DNA of 64,000 nucleotides from the human T2T-CHM13v2.0 reference genome, Homo sapiens: NCBI GenBank assembly GCA_009914755.4, contig CP086569.2, positions 16,384,001 to 16,448,000 of the forward strand, read 5' to 3'. Shown piece by piece: positions 24,101 to 36,138 of this stretch (position 1 is its first letter; each line of letters starts with the position of its first letter). The notes under the pieces were generated by a model. It saw only the letters and a program-made list of their open reading frames with translations, ran no database searches and was not told where the DNA came from. The position numbers and the translations under genes were made by a program.

Positions 24101-25624
24101 AGTTTGAGGCTTAGTAGCTTCATTACCTTGTCAATGTGTGTTCACTAGTCTTTTCTGCTTTCTACGTCTTAATTATTGTGAAGTCCTAATTATGGAGGGA
24201 GGTCAGGATAGGGGGATGGAGGGAAAGTAGAAAGAGGAGGCAGGTAAGCTGTAAGTCTCCCTTTCTTCATGCTCTGGAACACATAGCCCTCCTTCTCAAA
24301 TAACTCACAATCTGGCTGCACCCAGCTACACCAGACCCTTGGCTGATACAAAATTGCAAGTTATCTCACTGAAACCTTGGCATTATTGGAACTGCACAAA
24401 GCCTTCTTCAGCCTACAGCACAAACACTATCCTATAGAATCCCCAGCAAGTCTTTGTCTCTTTTCAATCAGCTCCTATTTCATTGACCTGCCCATTGAAC
24501 CATTGCATTCTTGCAATGTATTTTCCTACTCTCTCTAATGAATCTTCTTTTTTTAAACCTACAATTTTCTTGGTACATTCTTCTTATTCCTGCATCATGG
24601 ACCACAGATAGTCGCCAGTCACCCATGACAATTAGCAGTCAAAGCTGACTGCTCTTTTCACAGCCTATAACTTTATTTTTTTTTTTTCTGTAAACATTTT
24701 CAAGTGGCCACATGTATCTTGAGTAGACAGAGGCTAATTGTCAGCTTTTGCTTTCTGGATTGTCCTATTAGGGTATTAGGATCCTATGGCAAAGAGCAAC
24801 TGTGAGGGTAAGTGGAAATTCTTAAGAAAACCTAAGTATCACATCTAGGGTAACAAATTAAGACCCAGAGCCCATGATCAGAAGTTGGATAGAAGCAACA
24901 TGAATCAGAAGCTCTGGGAGAAATGGAATGGTCCCCCAAATTAGGCACCAGCTGCAGGTGCATGAGTGAGGAGGGAGGGATGGTGCATTTATACACTGCA
25001 TTCAGGTTAGTGAAACATTTATATAGTGCATTAGTGTTAGCAAATGCACATATAGGATTTTATCCCTTTTATTTTTTAACCATCTTGAGAAATGGAGAAT
25101 GGGTTTGGAGGAGGCAGAGTGAAATGCATTTTACTCAGTTTGAGTTTTTGTACTCTTGTGCCTTTGTTTGTGTGTGATATCTTTTAACCATGGGGAAGAG
25201 GCTGGCAAGTTTTAGTCAAAATTTATTTTCACCTTTACTTAGACCAATTTGGTAGATATAGCAGGCAAGCAGTTTCCTACCTTGAATGGGGGCATGAGAA
25301 GAATGTATCTGCTTTTGCTGCAGACAGCCCAGATCTGGAGACCCTGGGATTGGGAAGGGTGGTTCCACTGGGTAGAAGCATGGAGAATGTGGGCTAGGCA
25401 CCATCAGGGAACATGGTGTGAGCTGATGTGGGCACCCAAACACATGGGGGCTGTCCTTAAAGTGCCTATTGGCTGCTTGTAGATGTCAAGTCCACTTATA
25501 TTTTTGTGGGGTCTCGTGGCTTGGATCCCTGAAGACTCACCAAGGATATGACGATTATGTCACTGTGGGCAAATTTTACATTGCATCCTCCTCAAGCTGG
25601 ACTTTGAACCTAGGAAAATGATGT

Positions 25625-26630
25625 TTTAATTATTTTTTGACACATTATGTTTGTACATATTTATGGAGGATGTGAAATTTTGTTACATGCATAGAATATA
25701 TAATGATTAAGTCAGGGTATTTGGGGCATCCCTCACCTTGAATGTTTATCATTTCTATGTCCTGGGAAAATTTCAAGTCTTCTCTTATAGCAATTTTAAT
25801 ATAATATATTGTTTTTAACTATAGTCACCTTACTCTGCTATGGAACATTAGAATTTATTTCTTCTTTATAAATGTATTTTGTACCTATTAACCATCTCTT
25901 TATTGCCCTTACCCCCTACACCCTTCCTAACTTCTGATATCTATCATTCTACTCTCTACTTCTGTGAGATAAACTTTTTTAGTTTCCACATATGACTGAG
26001 AACATGTGGTATTTGGCTTTCTGTGCCTGGCTTATTTCACTTAACATAATGACCTCTAGTCCCATCGATGCTGCTGCAAATTACAGGATTTCTTGCTTTT
26101 TTATGTCCAAATAATATTCTGTTATGTAGATAGACCATATTGCCTATATCCATTCATCTGGTGATGGACACTTAGGTTGGTTTCATAGCTTTGCTATTGT
26201 GAATAGTGATGCAGTAGACAAGGGAGTGCAGGTGATATGGTTTCACTGTGTCCCCACCACAAATCTCATCTTGAATTGTTATCCAAATTATAATCCCCAC
26301 ATGTTGGGAGAGGGACCTCATGCAAGGTGATTGGATCATGCGGGTGGTCCCCGCATGCTGTTCTCATCATAGTGAGTGAGTTCTCACAAGATCTGATGGT
26401 ATTATGAGGGGCTTCTCCTGGCTTTGTTCCACACTAGTGTCTTCTGTTACCATGTAAAGAAGCTTTCTCCTTCCCTGGCACCTTCTGTCATGATTGTGAG
26501 TTTCCTGAGCCTCCCCAGCGATGTGAAAGTGTGAACCAATTAAACTTCTTTCCTTTATAAATTACCCAGTATCAGTTATTTCTTATACCAGCAAGAAAAT
26601 GGACTAATGTAGCAGAGCTCCCCCTGACAC
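25625..26630 (-). mobile_element. Old primate LINE-1 3' end, minus strand, containing the same ~370-bp module in inverted orientation
   Basis: 25630-26230 is the antisense of an older L1 3' end (TATGTTTGTACATATTTATGGAGGATGTGAAATTTTGTTACATGCATAGAATATATAATGATTAAGTCAGGGTATTTGGGGCATCC...CACATATGACTGAGAACATGTGGTATTTGGCTTTCTGTGCCTGGCTTATTTCACTTAACATAATGACCTCTAGTCCCATC). 26230-26620 (GTGATATGGTTTCACTGTGTCCCCACCACAAATCTCATCTTGAATTGTTATCCAAATTATAATCCCCACATGTTGGGAGAGGGACC...CTTTATAAATTACCCAGTATCAGTTATTTCTTATACCAGC) is the reverse complement of the module seen at 23345-23700. Confidence 0.7.
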
Positions 26631-27274
26631 ATTGATATCTTTGGCTCTAGATAAATATTCATTAGTGGGCTTGCTGGATCATATTGTAGTTCTAGTTTTA
26701 GTTTTTTGAGAAGTCTCTATGCTGTTTTTCATACTGGCTGTACTAGTTTACATTTGCACTTATACATGTAAGCTATTGGTCATCTAATTACCAAAGCAAT
26801 TTTTTACAAAGTTCCTCTATATCTTTTTATTTATAGATCCTCTCAGCTGTATGCTCCAATTTATGGCCCCTGAAAAAAGGACAGCAATTATGAGATAGCT
26901 TGTTCAGGGAAAGCAGCTCTGTACACAGGTTAGGGCCTCCCATTCCTGTCTTCCTGTGACAGACACCCAGGCCAATTACCTTGTCTATGAAATGCCTTTA
27001 ACACAGAGGGTTAATTTAAAATTTTTTATCTCAGTTTTTTATTCCTAAGCAAACCAAAACTTAATAATAATATTGAAGTTTTTGTTTCTTTAAAAATATA
27101 AATCCTCTTATTGTGAATTACACCCACCATTCATGACATGCTTTCTGTTTTTTCCAGACCATCTGGAAAAACTTTCTGTTTTTTCCAGACCATCTCTTTT
27201 TCCTTACACAAGCAGTCATTTTATTTTAGGACAGAACTTAGCATACAAGTTTCTTCATCATATAAAATTATTTG

Positions 27275-27604
27275 CCTCCTGAAGGAAGCACTAAATATGG
27301 AAAGAAAAAACCAGTAACAGCCACTGCAAAAACACACTAAATTGTAAAGACCATCGACGCTATGAAAAAACTGCATCAAGAAATGGACAAAATAACCAGC
27401 TAGCAAAATAATGACAAGAACAAATTCACACATGACTATATTAACCTTAAATGTAAATGAATTAAATGCCCCAATTAAAAGATGCAAACTGGCAATTTGG
27501 ATAAAGAGTCAAGACCCCTTAGGACAAGACTCATCTCATGTACAAAGACACACATAGGCTCAAAATAAAGGGATGGAGTAATATTTACCAAACAAATGGA
27601 AAGC

Positions 27605-27646
<42 letters not shown>

Positions 27647-30600
27647 AGGGTTTGCACTCCTGGTCTCTGATAAAACAGATGTTAAACCAGCAAAAATCAA
27701 AAGAGACAGAGAAGTACATTGCATAATGGTAAAGGGATCAATGCAACAGGAAGATCTAACTATCCTAAATATACATGCACCCAATACAGGAACACCCAGA
27801 TTCATAAAGCAAGTTCTTAGAGACCTGCAAAGAGACTTAGACCCCCAGACAATAATAGTGGGAGACTTTAATACCCCACCAATATTAGACAGATCAACAA
27901 GAGAGAAAATTAACAAGGATATTCAGGACTTAAACTCATCTCTGGACCAAGCGGAACTAATAGACATCTACAGAACTCTCTAACCCAAATGAACCGAACA
28001 TACATTCTTCTCAGCACCACACTGCATTTATCTAAAATCAATCACATAATTTATGGAAGTAAAACACTCCTCAGCAAATGCAAAAGAACAGAAATCATCC
28101 TTACCAGTCTCTCAGACCACAGAGCAATCAAATTAGAACTCAGGATTAAGAAACTCACTCAAAACCACACAAATACATGGAAACTGAACAACCTGCCCCT
28201 GAATGACTACTGAGTAAATAGCAAAAATAAGACAGAAATAAAGAAGTTCTTTGAAACCAATAAGAACTAAGACACAAAGTAAAAGAATCTCTGGGACACA
28301 GATAAAGCACAATACTAATTGCCCACAAGAGAAAGTGAGAAAGATCTAAAATTGACACCCTAACATAGCAATTAAGGAACTAGAGAAGGAAGAGCAAACA
28401 AATTCAAAAGTTAGCAGAAGAAAAGAAATAACTAAGATCAGAGCAGAGCCGAAGGAGATAGAGACATGTAAAATCCTTCAAAAAATCAGTTAATCCAGGA
28501 GCTGTTTTTTTAAAAAGATTAATGAAACAGACTGCTAGTCAGACTAATAAAGAAGAAAAGAGAGAAGAATCAAATAGACGCAATAAAAAAGGACAAAAGG
28601 ATATCACCACTGATCCCAAAGATATACAAACTACTTTCAGAGAATACTATAAATACATCTACACAAATACACTAGAAAATCTAGAAGAGATGGATAAATT
28701 TCTGAACACATACCACCCACACCCCCAAGACTAAACCAGGAAGAAGTCAAATCCCTGAATAGATCAATAACAATTTAGGAAATTGAGGCAGTAATTAATA
28801 CCTTACCAACCAAAAAAAGCCCAGGACCAGATGGATTCACAACCGAAGTCTGCCAGAGGTACAAAGGGGAGAAGATACCATTCCTTCTGAAACTGTTTCA
28901 AACAATAGAAGAAGAGAGACTCATCCCTAACTCATTTTATGAGGCCAGCATCATGCTAATACCAAAGCCTGGCAGAGACACAAGAACAAAAAAGAAAATT
29001 GCAGGCCGATATTCCTGACATCGATGCAAAAATCCTTAGTAAAATATGGGCAAACTGAATCCAGAAGCACATCAAAATCTTATCCACCACGATCAAGTCC
29101 GCTTCATCCCTGGGATGCAAGGCTGGTTCAACATACACAAATCGATAAACATAATCCATCACGTAAACAGAATCAATGACAAAAACCATATGATTGTCTC
29201 AATAGATGCAGAAAAGGCCTTTGACAAAATTCAACACATTTTATGCCAAAAACTCTCAATAAACTAGGTAATGATGAAACATATCTCAAAACAATAAGAG
29301 CTGTTTATGACAAACCCACAGCCAATATCACAGTAAATGGGCAAAAGTGGGAAGCATTCCCTTTGAAAACTGCCACAAGACAAGGATGCCCTTTCTTAAC
29401 ACTCCCATTCAACATGGTACTGGAAGTTCTGGCCAGGACAATCAGGCAAGAGAAAGGTATAAAAGGTATTCAAATAAGAAGAGAGGAAGTCAATTTGTCT
29501 CTCTTTGCAGATGACATGATTGTATATTTAGAAAACCCCATCATCTTGGACAAAATCTCTTTAAGCAGATAAGCAACTTCAGCACAGTCTCACGATACAA
29601 AATCAATGTGCAAAAGTCACAAGCATTTCTATATACCAATAATAGAAAAACAGAGGGCCAAGTCATAAGTGAACTCCCATTCACAATTGCTGCAAAGAGA
29701 ATAGAATACCTAGGAACACATCTTACAAGGGAGGAGAAGGACCTCTTCAAGGAAAACTATTAACCATAGCTCAAGAAAATAAGAGAGGACACAAACAAAT
29801 GGAAAAACCTTCCATGCTCATGGATAGGAAGAATCAATATGGTGAAAATGGCCATAATGCCCAAAGTAATTTATAGATTCAATGCTATCACCATCAATCT
29901 AGTGTTAACTTTCTTCACAGAACTAGAAAAAATTACTCTAAATTTCACATGGAACCGAAAAAGAGTTTGTGTAGCCAAGACATTCCTAAACAAAAAGAAC
30001 AAAGCTGGAGGCATCATGCTACCTGATTTCAAACTGTACTACAAGGCTACAGTAACCAAAACAGCATTGTTCTGGTACCAAATCAGATATACAGACCAAT
30101 GGAACAGAACACAGACCTCAGAAACAACATCTCACATCTACAACTATCTGATCTTTGATGAACCTGACAAAAAAAAGCAAGGGGGAAAGCATTCCCTATT
30201 TAATAAATGGTGTTGGGAAAACAGTCTAGCCATAAGCAGAAAACTGAAACTGAACCCCTTTCTTACACCTTACACAAAAATTAACTCAAGATGGATTAAA
30301 GATTTAAATATAAGACCTAAAACTATAAAAACCCTTGAGGAAAACCTAGGCAATACCATTCATGACTTAGGCACGGGAAAAGACTTCATGATTAAAACAC
30401 AAAAAGCGATGCCAAGAAAAGCCAAAATAGACAGATGGGATCTAATTAAACTAAAGAGCTTCTGCACAGAAAAAGAAACTATCATCAGAGTAAAGAAGCA
30501 ACCTACAGAATGGAAGAATTTTTGCAATCTATTGATCTGACAAAGGGTTAATACCCAGAATCTACAAGGAATTTAAACAGATATACTAAGAAAAAAACAA

Positions 30601-31462
30601 ACAACCCCATGAACAGGTGGGGAAAGGATATGAACAGACACTTCTCAAAAGAAGACATTTATACAGCCAAGAAACATATGAAAAAAAGCTCATGATCACT
30701 GTCCTTAGAGAAATGCAAATCACAATCACAATGAGATAACATCTCATGCCAGTTAGAATGGTGATCATTAAAAAGGTAGGAAACAACAGATACTGGAGAG
30801 CATGTGAAGAAGTAGGAATGCTTTTATACTGTTTGTGGAACCGTAAATTCGTTCAACCATGGTGGAAGACAGCGTGGTGATTCCTTAGGGAGGCAGAACC
30901 AGAAATACTGTTTGACCCAGCAATCCTATTACTGGTTATACATCCAAAGGATTATAAATCATTCTACTATAAAGACATGTGCACACATAGTATTTATTGA
31001 AGCACTATTCACAATAGCAAAGACTAGGAACCAACACAAATACCCATCAATGACAGACTGGATAAAGAAAAGTGGCACATATACAGCATGGAACTAATCA
31101 GCCACCAAAAAGGATGAGTTCATGTCCTTTGTAGATACATAGATGAAGCTGGAAACCATCATTCTCAGCAAACTAACACAGAAACAGAAAACAAAACACT
31201 GCATATTCTCTCTCATAAGTGGGAGTTGAACCATGAGAACACATGGACACAGAGAGGGCAATATCAAACACTGGGGCCTCTTGGGAGGTGGGGGGCTATG
31301 GGAGGGATAGCATTAGAAGAAATACCTAATGTGGATAGATGACTGGTTGATGGGTGCAGCAAACCACCATGGGATGTGTATACCTATGTAACAAACCTGC
31401 ACGTTCTGCACATGTACCCCAGAACTTAAAGTATTGAAAAAATACAATAATAATAATAATAG
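27275..31462 (+). mobile_element. LINE-1 (L1PA-type), 5'-truncated (~4.2 kb: end of ORF1, ORF2, 3' UTR, A-rich tail), ORFs disrupted
   Basis: Starts within the end of ORF1 (..CTGAAGGAAGCACTAAATATGGAAAG..) and runs through the inter-ORF region and ORF2 start (ATGACAAGAACAAATTCACACATGACTATATTAACCTTAAATGTAAATG). Track ORFs 27726-27983 (MVKGSMQQEDLTILNIHAPNTGTPRFIKQVL.DLQRDLD..), 29046-29267 (..[54 protein letters not shown]), 29243-29572 and 29839-30540 (..[19 protein letters not shown]..) match L1 ORF2p endonuclease and RT domains with multiple frameshifts. The 3' UTR ends ..CCTATGTAACAAACCTGCACGTTCTGCACATGTACCCCAGAACTTAAAGTATTGAAAAAATACAATAATAATAATAAT. Flanked by AAAATTATTTGCC (27262-27274) and AAAATTATTTCTC (31471-31483), a likely target-site duplication. 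Confidence 0.92.
27607..27645 (+). repeat. poly(A) tract (about 38 nt) inside L1 ORF2, expanded from the short A-run normally present there
   Basis: ..CAAATGGAAAGCC A(38) GTCAGGGTTTGCACTCCTGGTCTCTGATAAAACAG. The L1 consensus at this point is AAATGGAAAACAAAAAAAGGCAGGGGTTGCAATCCTAGTCTCTGATAAAACAG. Confidence 0.9.
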
Positions 31463-32592
31463 TCCCAGGAAAAAATTATTTCTCTTTAAGCTTTCTTACC
31501 ACAAAAAAAATCTCTTTATTTTTATAACTTTCTTTATATCTCTTTTTATTTTCTGATTCCTTTCACCTTATTTCATATATAACCATTAAATAAGCTTTGA
31601 ATTAGACAAAACTTTTTCACCATTATTTGAAAAGGACACAAGTTTTTTTTTTTCTTAGGAAGAATGTTGTCCTACAATAAGTACTTTTTGGAAAACATCT
31701 AAATTATGAAATATCTACTATTTAATTTAATATAACTTTATATTCTAAATTATGACCCGTTTGTCTACAAGTATTTATCCTATGACATTTACCTGATTGT
31801 TTTGTTTTCATTAATTATTCATGAAAATTGTAATAGTTGTGATTTATAACTTTTAAAGTTACAAAAGTGCTATTGTAAAATTATAACTGAGAAAGTGAAG
31901 AAAGCTTTTACCTAACTGACTGCATCTTGCTCTTAACTTCCTAGCTGTCCTTGTTCATTCCTGGGCAAAGGCCAAAGTAACTTTGCAAGGAAATTAGTTT
32001 TCAGGTTAGCTTTGAAACAGAGACCATAACAGTGCTTTCCCAAAACAAACCTCCTTACTGCCTGTAGACTAAACTGCTTAAAGCCAAAAGATTAGAAGTT
32101 ATGGTAATTTTACTAAGTAACTCAAGATGTAACTATTTTCATTACACCAACATGAATGTCTTACTTATTAAAAATTACACAAGCAAAGGTCAGTCTGTTT
32201 TGGGCTGGGTTTATACTTCTGTAGTCCCTATGCCAAAATATGACATCTTATACTGTTTGGCAGGGATAAGTCTGACATTACTTGATTAATAAATGAAAAA
32301 AAATGTATGCTGGCAATTATTAAGACATTTCTAATATTACTTTACCAATTATTTTAAAGCTAGCTTTGTTTATTAAATATTTTACTTAAGTTATATCAAC
32401 TTGAAAAAGAACTTGACTAGTCCTTTTTTTTCCTGGTAAAGTATTTGATTTAAGCACTTTTATATTTCTTCAAGCCAATTACAGCTGTTTTATATATTTT
32501 TAGTAGTGAAACATTGTGTACCCAACCCATAAATACATAGACTTATTAGGCATGCCAATGGAAGTACATTTTATACATTCATAAACACCCTT

Positions 32593-33040
32593 CCTTTCAT
32601 GTGTGTCCATGTGAAGAGACCACCAAACAGGCTTTGTGTGAGCAATAAATTTTAATCACCTGGGTGCAGGTGGGCTGAGTCCGAAAAGAGAGTCAGCGAT
32701 GGGAGATAGGGGTAGGGCAGTTTTATTGGATTTGGGTAGGTAAAGAAAAATTACAGTCAAAGGGGTTGTTCTCTGGGGGGCAGGAGTGGGGGTCGCAAGG
32801 TGCTCAGTGGGGGAGATTTTTGAGCCAGGATGAGCCAGGAAAATGACTTTCATAAGGTAATGTCATCACTTAAGACAAGAACCGGCCATGTTCACTTCTT
32901 TTGTGGTGGAATGTCATCCGTTAAGCTTGGGGAGGGTATTTTCACTTCTTTTGTGATTCTTCAGTTACTTCAGGCCATCTGGGCATATACATGCAAATCA
33001 CAGGGGATATGATGGCTTAGCTTGGGCTCAGAGGCCTGAC
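32593..33040 (-). mobile_element. Solo LTR7 (HERV-H LTR), minus strand, about 448 bp
   Basis: The reverse complement reads TGTCAGGCCTCTGAGCCCAAGCTAAGCCATCATATCCCCTGTGA...CCACCACAAAAGAAGTGAACATGGCCGGTTCTTGTCTTAAGTGATGACATTACCTTATGAAAGTCATTTTCCTGGCTCATCCTGGCTCAAAAATCTCCCCCACTGAGCACCTTGCGACCCCCACTCCTGCCCCCCAGAGAACAACCCC...CTGACTCTCTTTTCGGACTCAGCCCACCTGCACCCAGGTGATTAAAATTTATTGCTCACACAAAGCCTGTTTGGTGGTCTCTTCACATGGACACACATGAAAGG. This matches the LTR7 consensus from TGTCAGG to ..CATGAAA. Confidence 0.88.
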
Positions 33041-34590
33041 ACTTCCTCTTTCCCCCCCTATCTTGGACTTTTAGATTCTTGATAACCTGTTTCACAACCC
33101 TAGCTGGTTGTCAGCTAAATAGCCTTAAATTTGGATATTAAAGGAAACAATTCAAGTGAAAATCAAATAGCAAATTTACATCATAAGGTACAGAGAGAAA
33201 AAGTCTGGTTTTCCTAGAGGGAGATGCTTTTATTTTTCTTTGAACCAAATAAAACAAAATTACACAAATCCATCATATGATTTTATAAGGAAACCAATTT
33301 TATTTAGATAAGGATGACCTATCTTTTAAATGGATCTCTGAGCTCTGGGCAGAGCCTCTCAAAAAGCCACAACTTTTGCACCCCCTACCCCCCCCCCAAA
33401 AAAAAAAACCACAAGGTCTTAGACGAGAAAAACAAACAAAAACAAAACATGAAGGTCTTTTAAATACAAACATGCAAACATACACACACACGCGTGCGCA
33501 CAAACACGCACACACATCATGGATCTTAGCCTTTTAATTACACTGACTTCTAACCATTGAGATCCTTTAAAACATGTTTTTAAATCTCATTACCTTATTT
33601 CAGCTAGGATAAAATGCTGCTATTTCAGAAGTATAGCCATTGCTCTTTCAGTTTGGTCTGCCTGGCAAAAAGGCGGCCTTGTAATGTAAATGAAAGCCCT
33701 TAAGAATCTTTCCTTTTAGTTTTTTTCTTTTGCTAGCTGTTCTCCTACCCTTACCATACCACCCCTTTTTGTGTGTGGCAGGGGATGCATGGGGGACAGT
33801 AATTAGCTATTTCAGAGGACTTGTTCCTTATAATTTAGAGTTCTCCTTTGGATTTGACCAAGTCCAGATGTGTGTCAGACCCTAAATGTGTTGCTTGAAG
33901 AATGTGCTTTTCAGGGTCATTACCCCCTGAACTGGTTCAGTCCACTTGTTTCACAGCTACCTGGTGCAGTGTGCCAGGGGCTCGAGGTGTGGGAGGGATC
34001 AGATACTTATATGCAGCTGCTGGCTGAGATTAGACCCTAAGTATTTTTTCTGAGGGGGAAACCTATTTATAGCAACTGCACGTCTTAGGGAGCATTCATC
34101 CCAGACAAACTAATGCAATTCTCAGTCGCCTGAGAATTTTGCCAAGGTTGAGGATGTGCACCTGTGACAACCTCAGGAAGTCCTGATGACATGTGCCCAA
34201 GGTGATTGGGCACAGCTTGGTTTTATCCATTTTAGGGAGACAAGAGACATCAATTAATATACGTAAGAAGCAAAATGGTTCTGTCCAGAAAGACAGGACA
34301 ACTCAAAATAAGCCCCTCCTGCCACATGCTTCCAGGTTACAGGTAGATGAGAGACAAATGGTCCCATTCTTTTGGATTTCTGATAAGCCTTTCCAAAAGA
34401 GACAACCAGAATATGCATCTATTTCCCTTACCAGAGGAATGACTTTGAATAGCCTGCCATACTTGTTGTTAGAAGTAAATGCCCATCTACATAAAATGGG
34501 TAGCTCAAGTCTAACAATTTTATACACACTGAGGGCTCTGGGTTATGATGATTGTTGTCTTTGCTGTTACAGTTCATATTGTCATCTAAC

Positions 34591-35243
34591 TGTCAGGCCT
34601 CTGAGCCCAAGCCTACATGTATACATCCACATGGCCTGAAGCAAGTGAAGAATTACAAAAGAAGTGAAAATGGCCAGTTCCTGCCTTAACTGATGACATT
34701 ACCTAGTGAAATTCCTTCTCCTGGCTCAGAAGCTCCCCCACTGAGCAAGTTGTGACACCCACCCCTGCCCACCAGAGAACAACGCACTTTGACTGTAGTT
34801 TTTCCACTCCCTACCCAAATCATATAAAATGGCCGTGTCAGGCCTCTGAGCCCAAGCTAAGCCATCATATCCCCTGTGACCTGCACATAAACATCCAGAT
34901 GGCCAGTTCCTGCCTTAACTGATGACATTCCACCACAAAAGAAGTGAAAATGGCCTGTTCTTGCCTTAATGGATGGCATTATCTTGTGAAATTCCTTCTC
35001 CTGGCTCATCCTGGCTCAAAAGCTCCCCTACTGAGCACCTTGTGACCCCCACTCCTGCACACCAGAGAACAACCCACCTTTTTGTTTACCTACCCAAATC
35101 CTATAAAATGGCCCTACACCTTCCTATCTCCCTTTGCTGAATTTCTTTTTGGACTCAGCCCGCCTGCACCCAGGTGAAATAAGCAGCCATGTTGCTCACA
35201 CAAAGCCTGTTTGGTGGTCTCTTCACATGGACGTGCATGAAAT
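34591..35243 (+). mobile_element. HERV-H 5' LTR (LTR7) carrying an internal partial tandem duplication
   Basis: TGTCAGGCCTCTGAGCCCAAGC starts at 34591 and again at 34837. The first copy (34591-34836) runs to ..CCCAAATCATATAAAATGGCCG, then a complete LTR7 34837-35243 ends ..GTTTGGTGGTCTCTTCACATGGACGTGCATGAAA. Confidence 0.85.
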
Positions 35244-35244
35244 T

Positions 35245-35268
35245 TGGTGCCCTGATTCTGATCGGGGG
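35245..35268 (+). promoter_or_regulatory. Retroviral primer-binding site, tRNA-His type (HERV-H)
   Basis: TGGTGCCCTGATTCTGATCGGGGG sits immediately 3' of the LTR. It is close to the complement of the tRNA-His 3' end (TGGTGCCGTGACTCGGAT..). Confidence 0.7.
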
Positions 35269-35687
35269 ACCACCCTTGGGAGATCAATCCCCTGTCCTCC
35301 TGCTCTTTGCTCCATCAGAAAGGTCTACCTATGACCTCAGGTCCTCAGACCCACCACCCCAAGAAACATCTCACCCATTTCAAATCTGGTAAGCGGCCTC
35401 TTTTTACTGTCTTCTCCAAACTCCCTCACTATCCCTCAACCTCTTTCTCTTTCAATCTTGGCACCACACTTCAATCTCTCCCTTCTCTTAATTTCTATTC
35501 CTTTCATTTTCTGGTAGAGAAAAAGGAGACACGTTTTATCCGTGGAGCCAAAACTCTGGCGCCGGTCATGAACTAGGGAAGGCAGCCTTCCCTTGGTGTT
35601 TAATCATTGCAGAGACACCTCTCTGATTATTCACCCAGGTTTCAGAGGTGTCAGACCATGCAGAGATGCCTGTGTTGGTCCTTCACC

Positions 35688-36110
35688 CTTAGCAGCAAGT
35701 CCTGCTTTTCTGGGGAAGGGGCAAGTACCCCAACCCCTTCTCTCCATGTCTCTACCCCTTCTTTGCCTTTCTGGGGGGCAAGAAACCCCCAAACCCTTCT
35801 CCTTTACCCTTAGTGGCAAGTCCCACTTTTCTAGAGGAGGGGCAAGTACCCCAACCTTGTATCTCTGTGCTGCAATCCCTTATTTCCATGCCCCAACCTC
35901 TTATATCTCTGCCCCCCAATCCCTTATTTCCATGCCATGACCTCTTATCTCTGTGCCCCAATCCCTTATTTCCATGCCCCAACCTCTTATATCTCTGCAC
36001 CCTGATCCCTTATTTCCATGACCTGACCTCATATCTCTGTGATCCTACCCCTTTCCTGCTTTTATGGAGGATAAGAACCCCCGAACTGCTTCCCTCCATG
36101 TCTCTACTCT
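35688..36110 (+). repeat. HERV-H leader tandem repeats: two or three copies of a ~115-bp unit, then four copies of a ~42-bp unit
   Basis: CCTTAGCAGCAAGTCCTGCTTTTCTGGGGAAGGGGCAAGTACCCCAACC.. is repeated as CCTTAGTGGCAAGTCCCACTTTTCTAGAGGAGGGGCAAGTACCCCAACC. Then CAATCCCTTATTTCCATGCCCCAACCTCTTATATCTCTGCCCC occurs four times between 35873 and 36046. Confidence 0.85.
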
Positions 36111-36138
36111 CCCTTTTCTTTAAACTTGCCTCCTTCAT

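Noticed and set aside
29839-30540. 233-aa plus-strand ORF
   Set aside because: Fragment of L1 ORF2p (..[43 protein letters not shown]..) inside the 5'-truncated L1. It is out of frame with the neighbouring ORF2 fragments.
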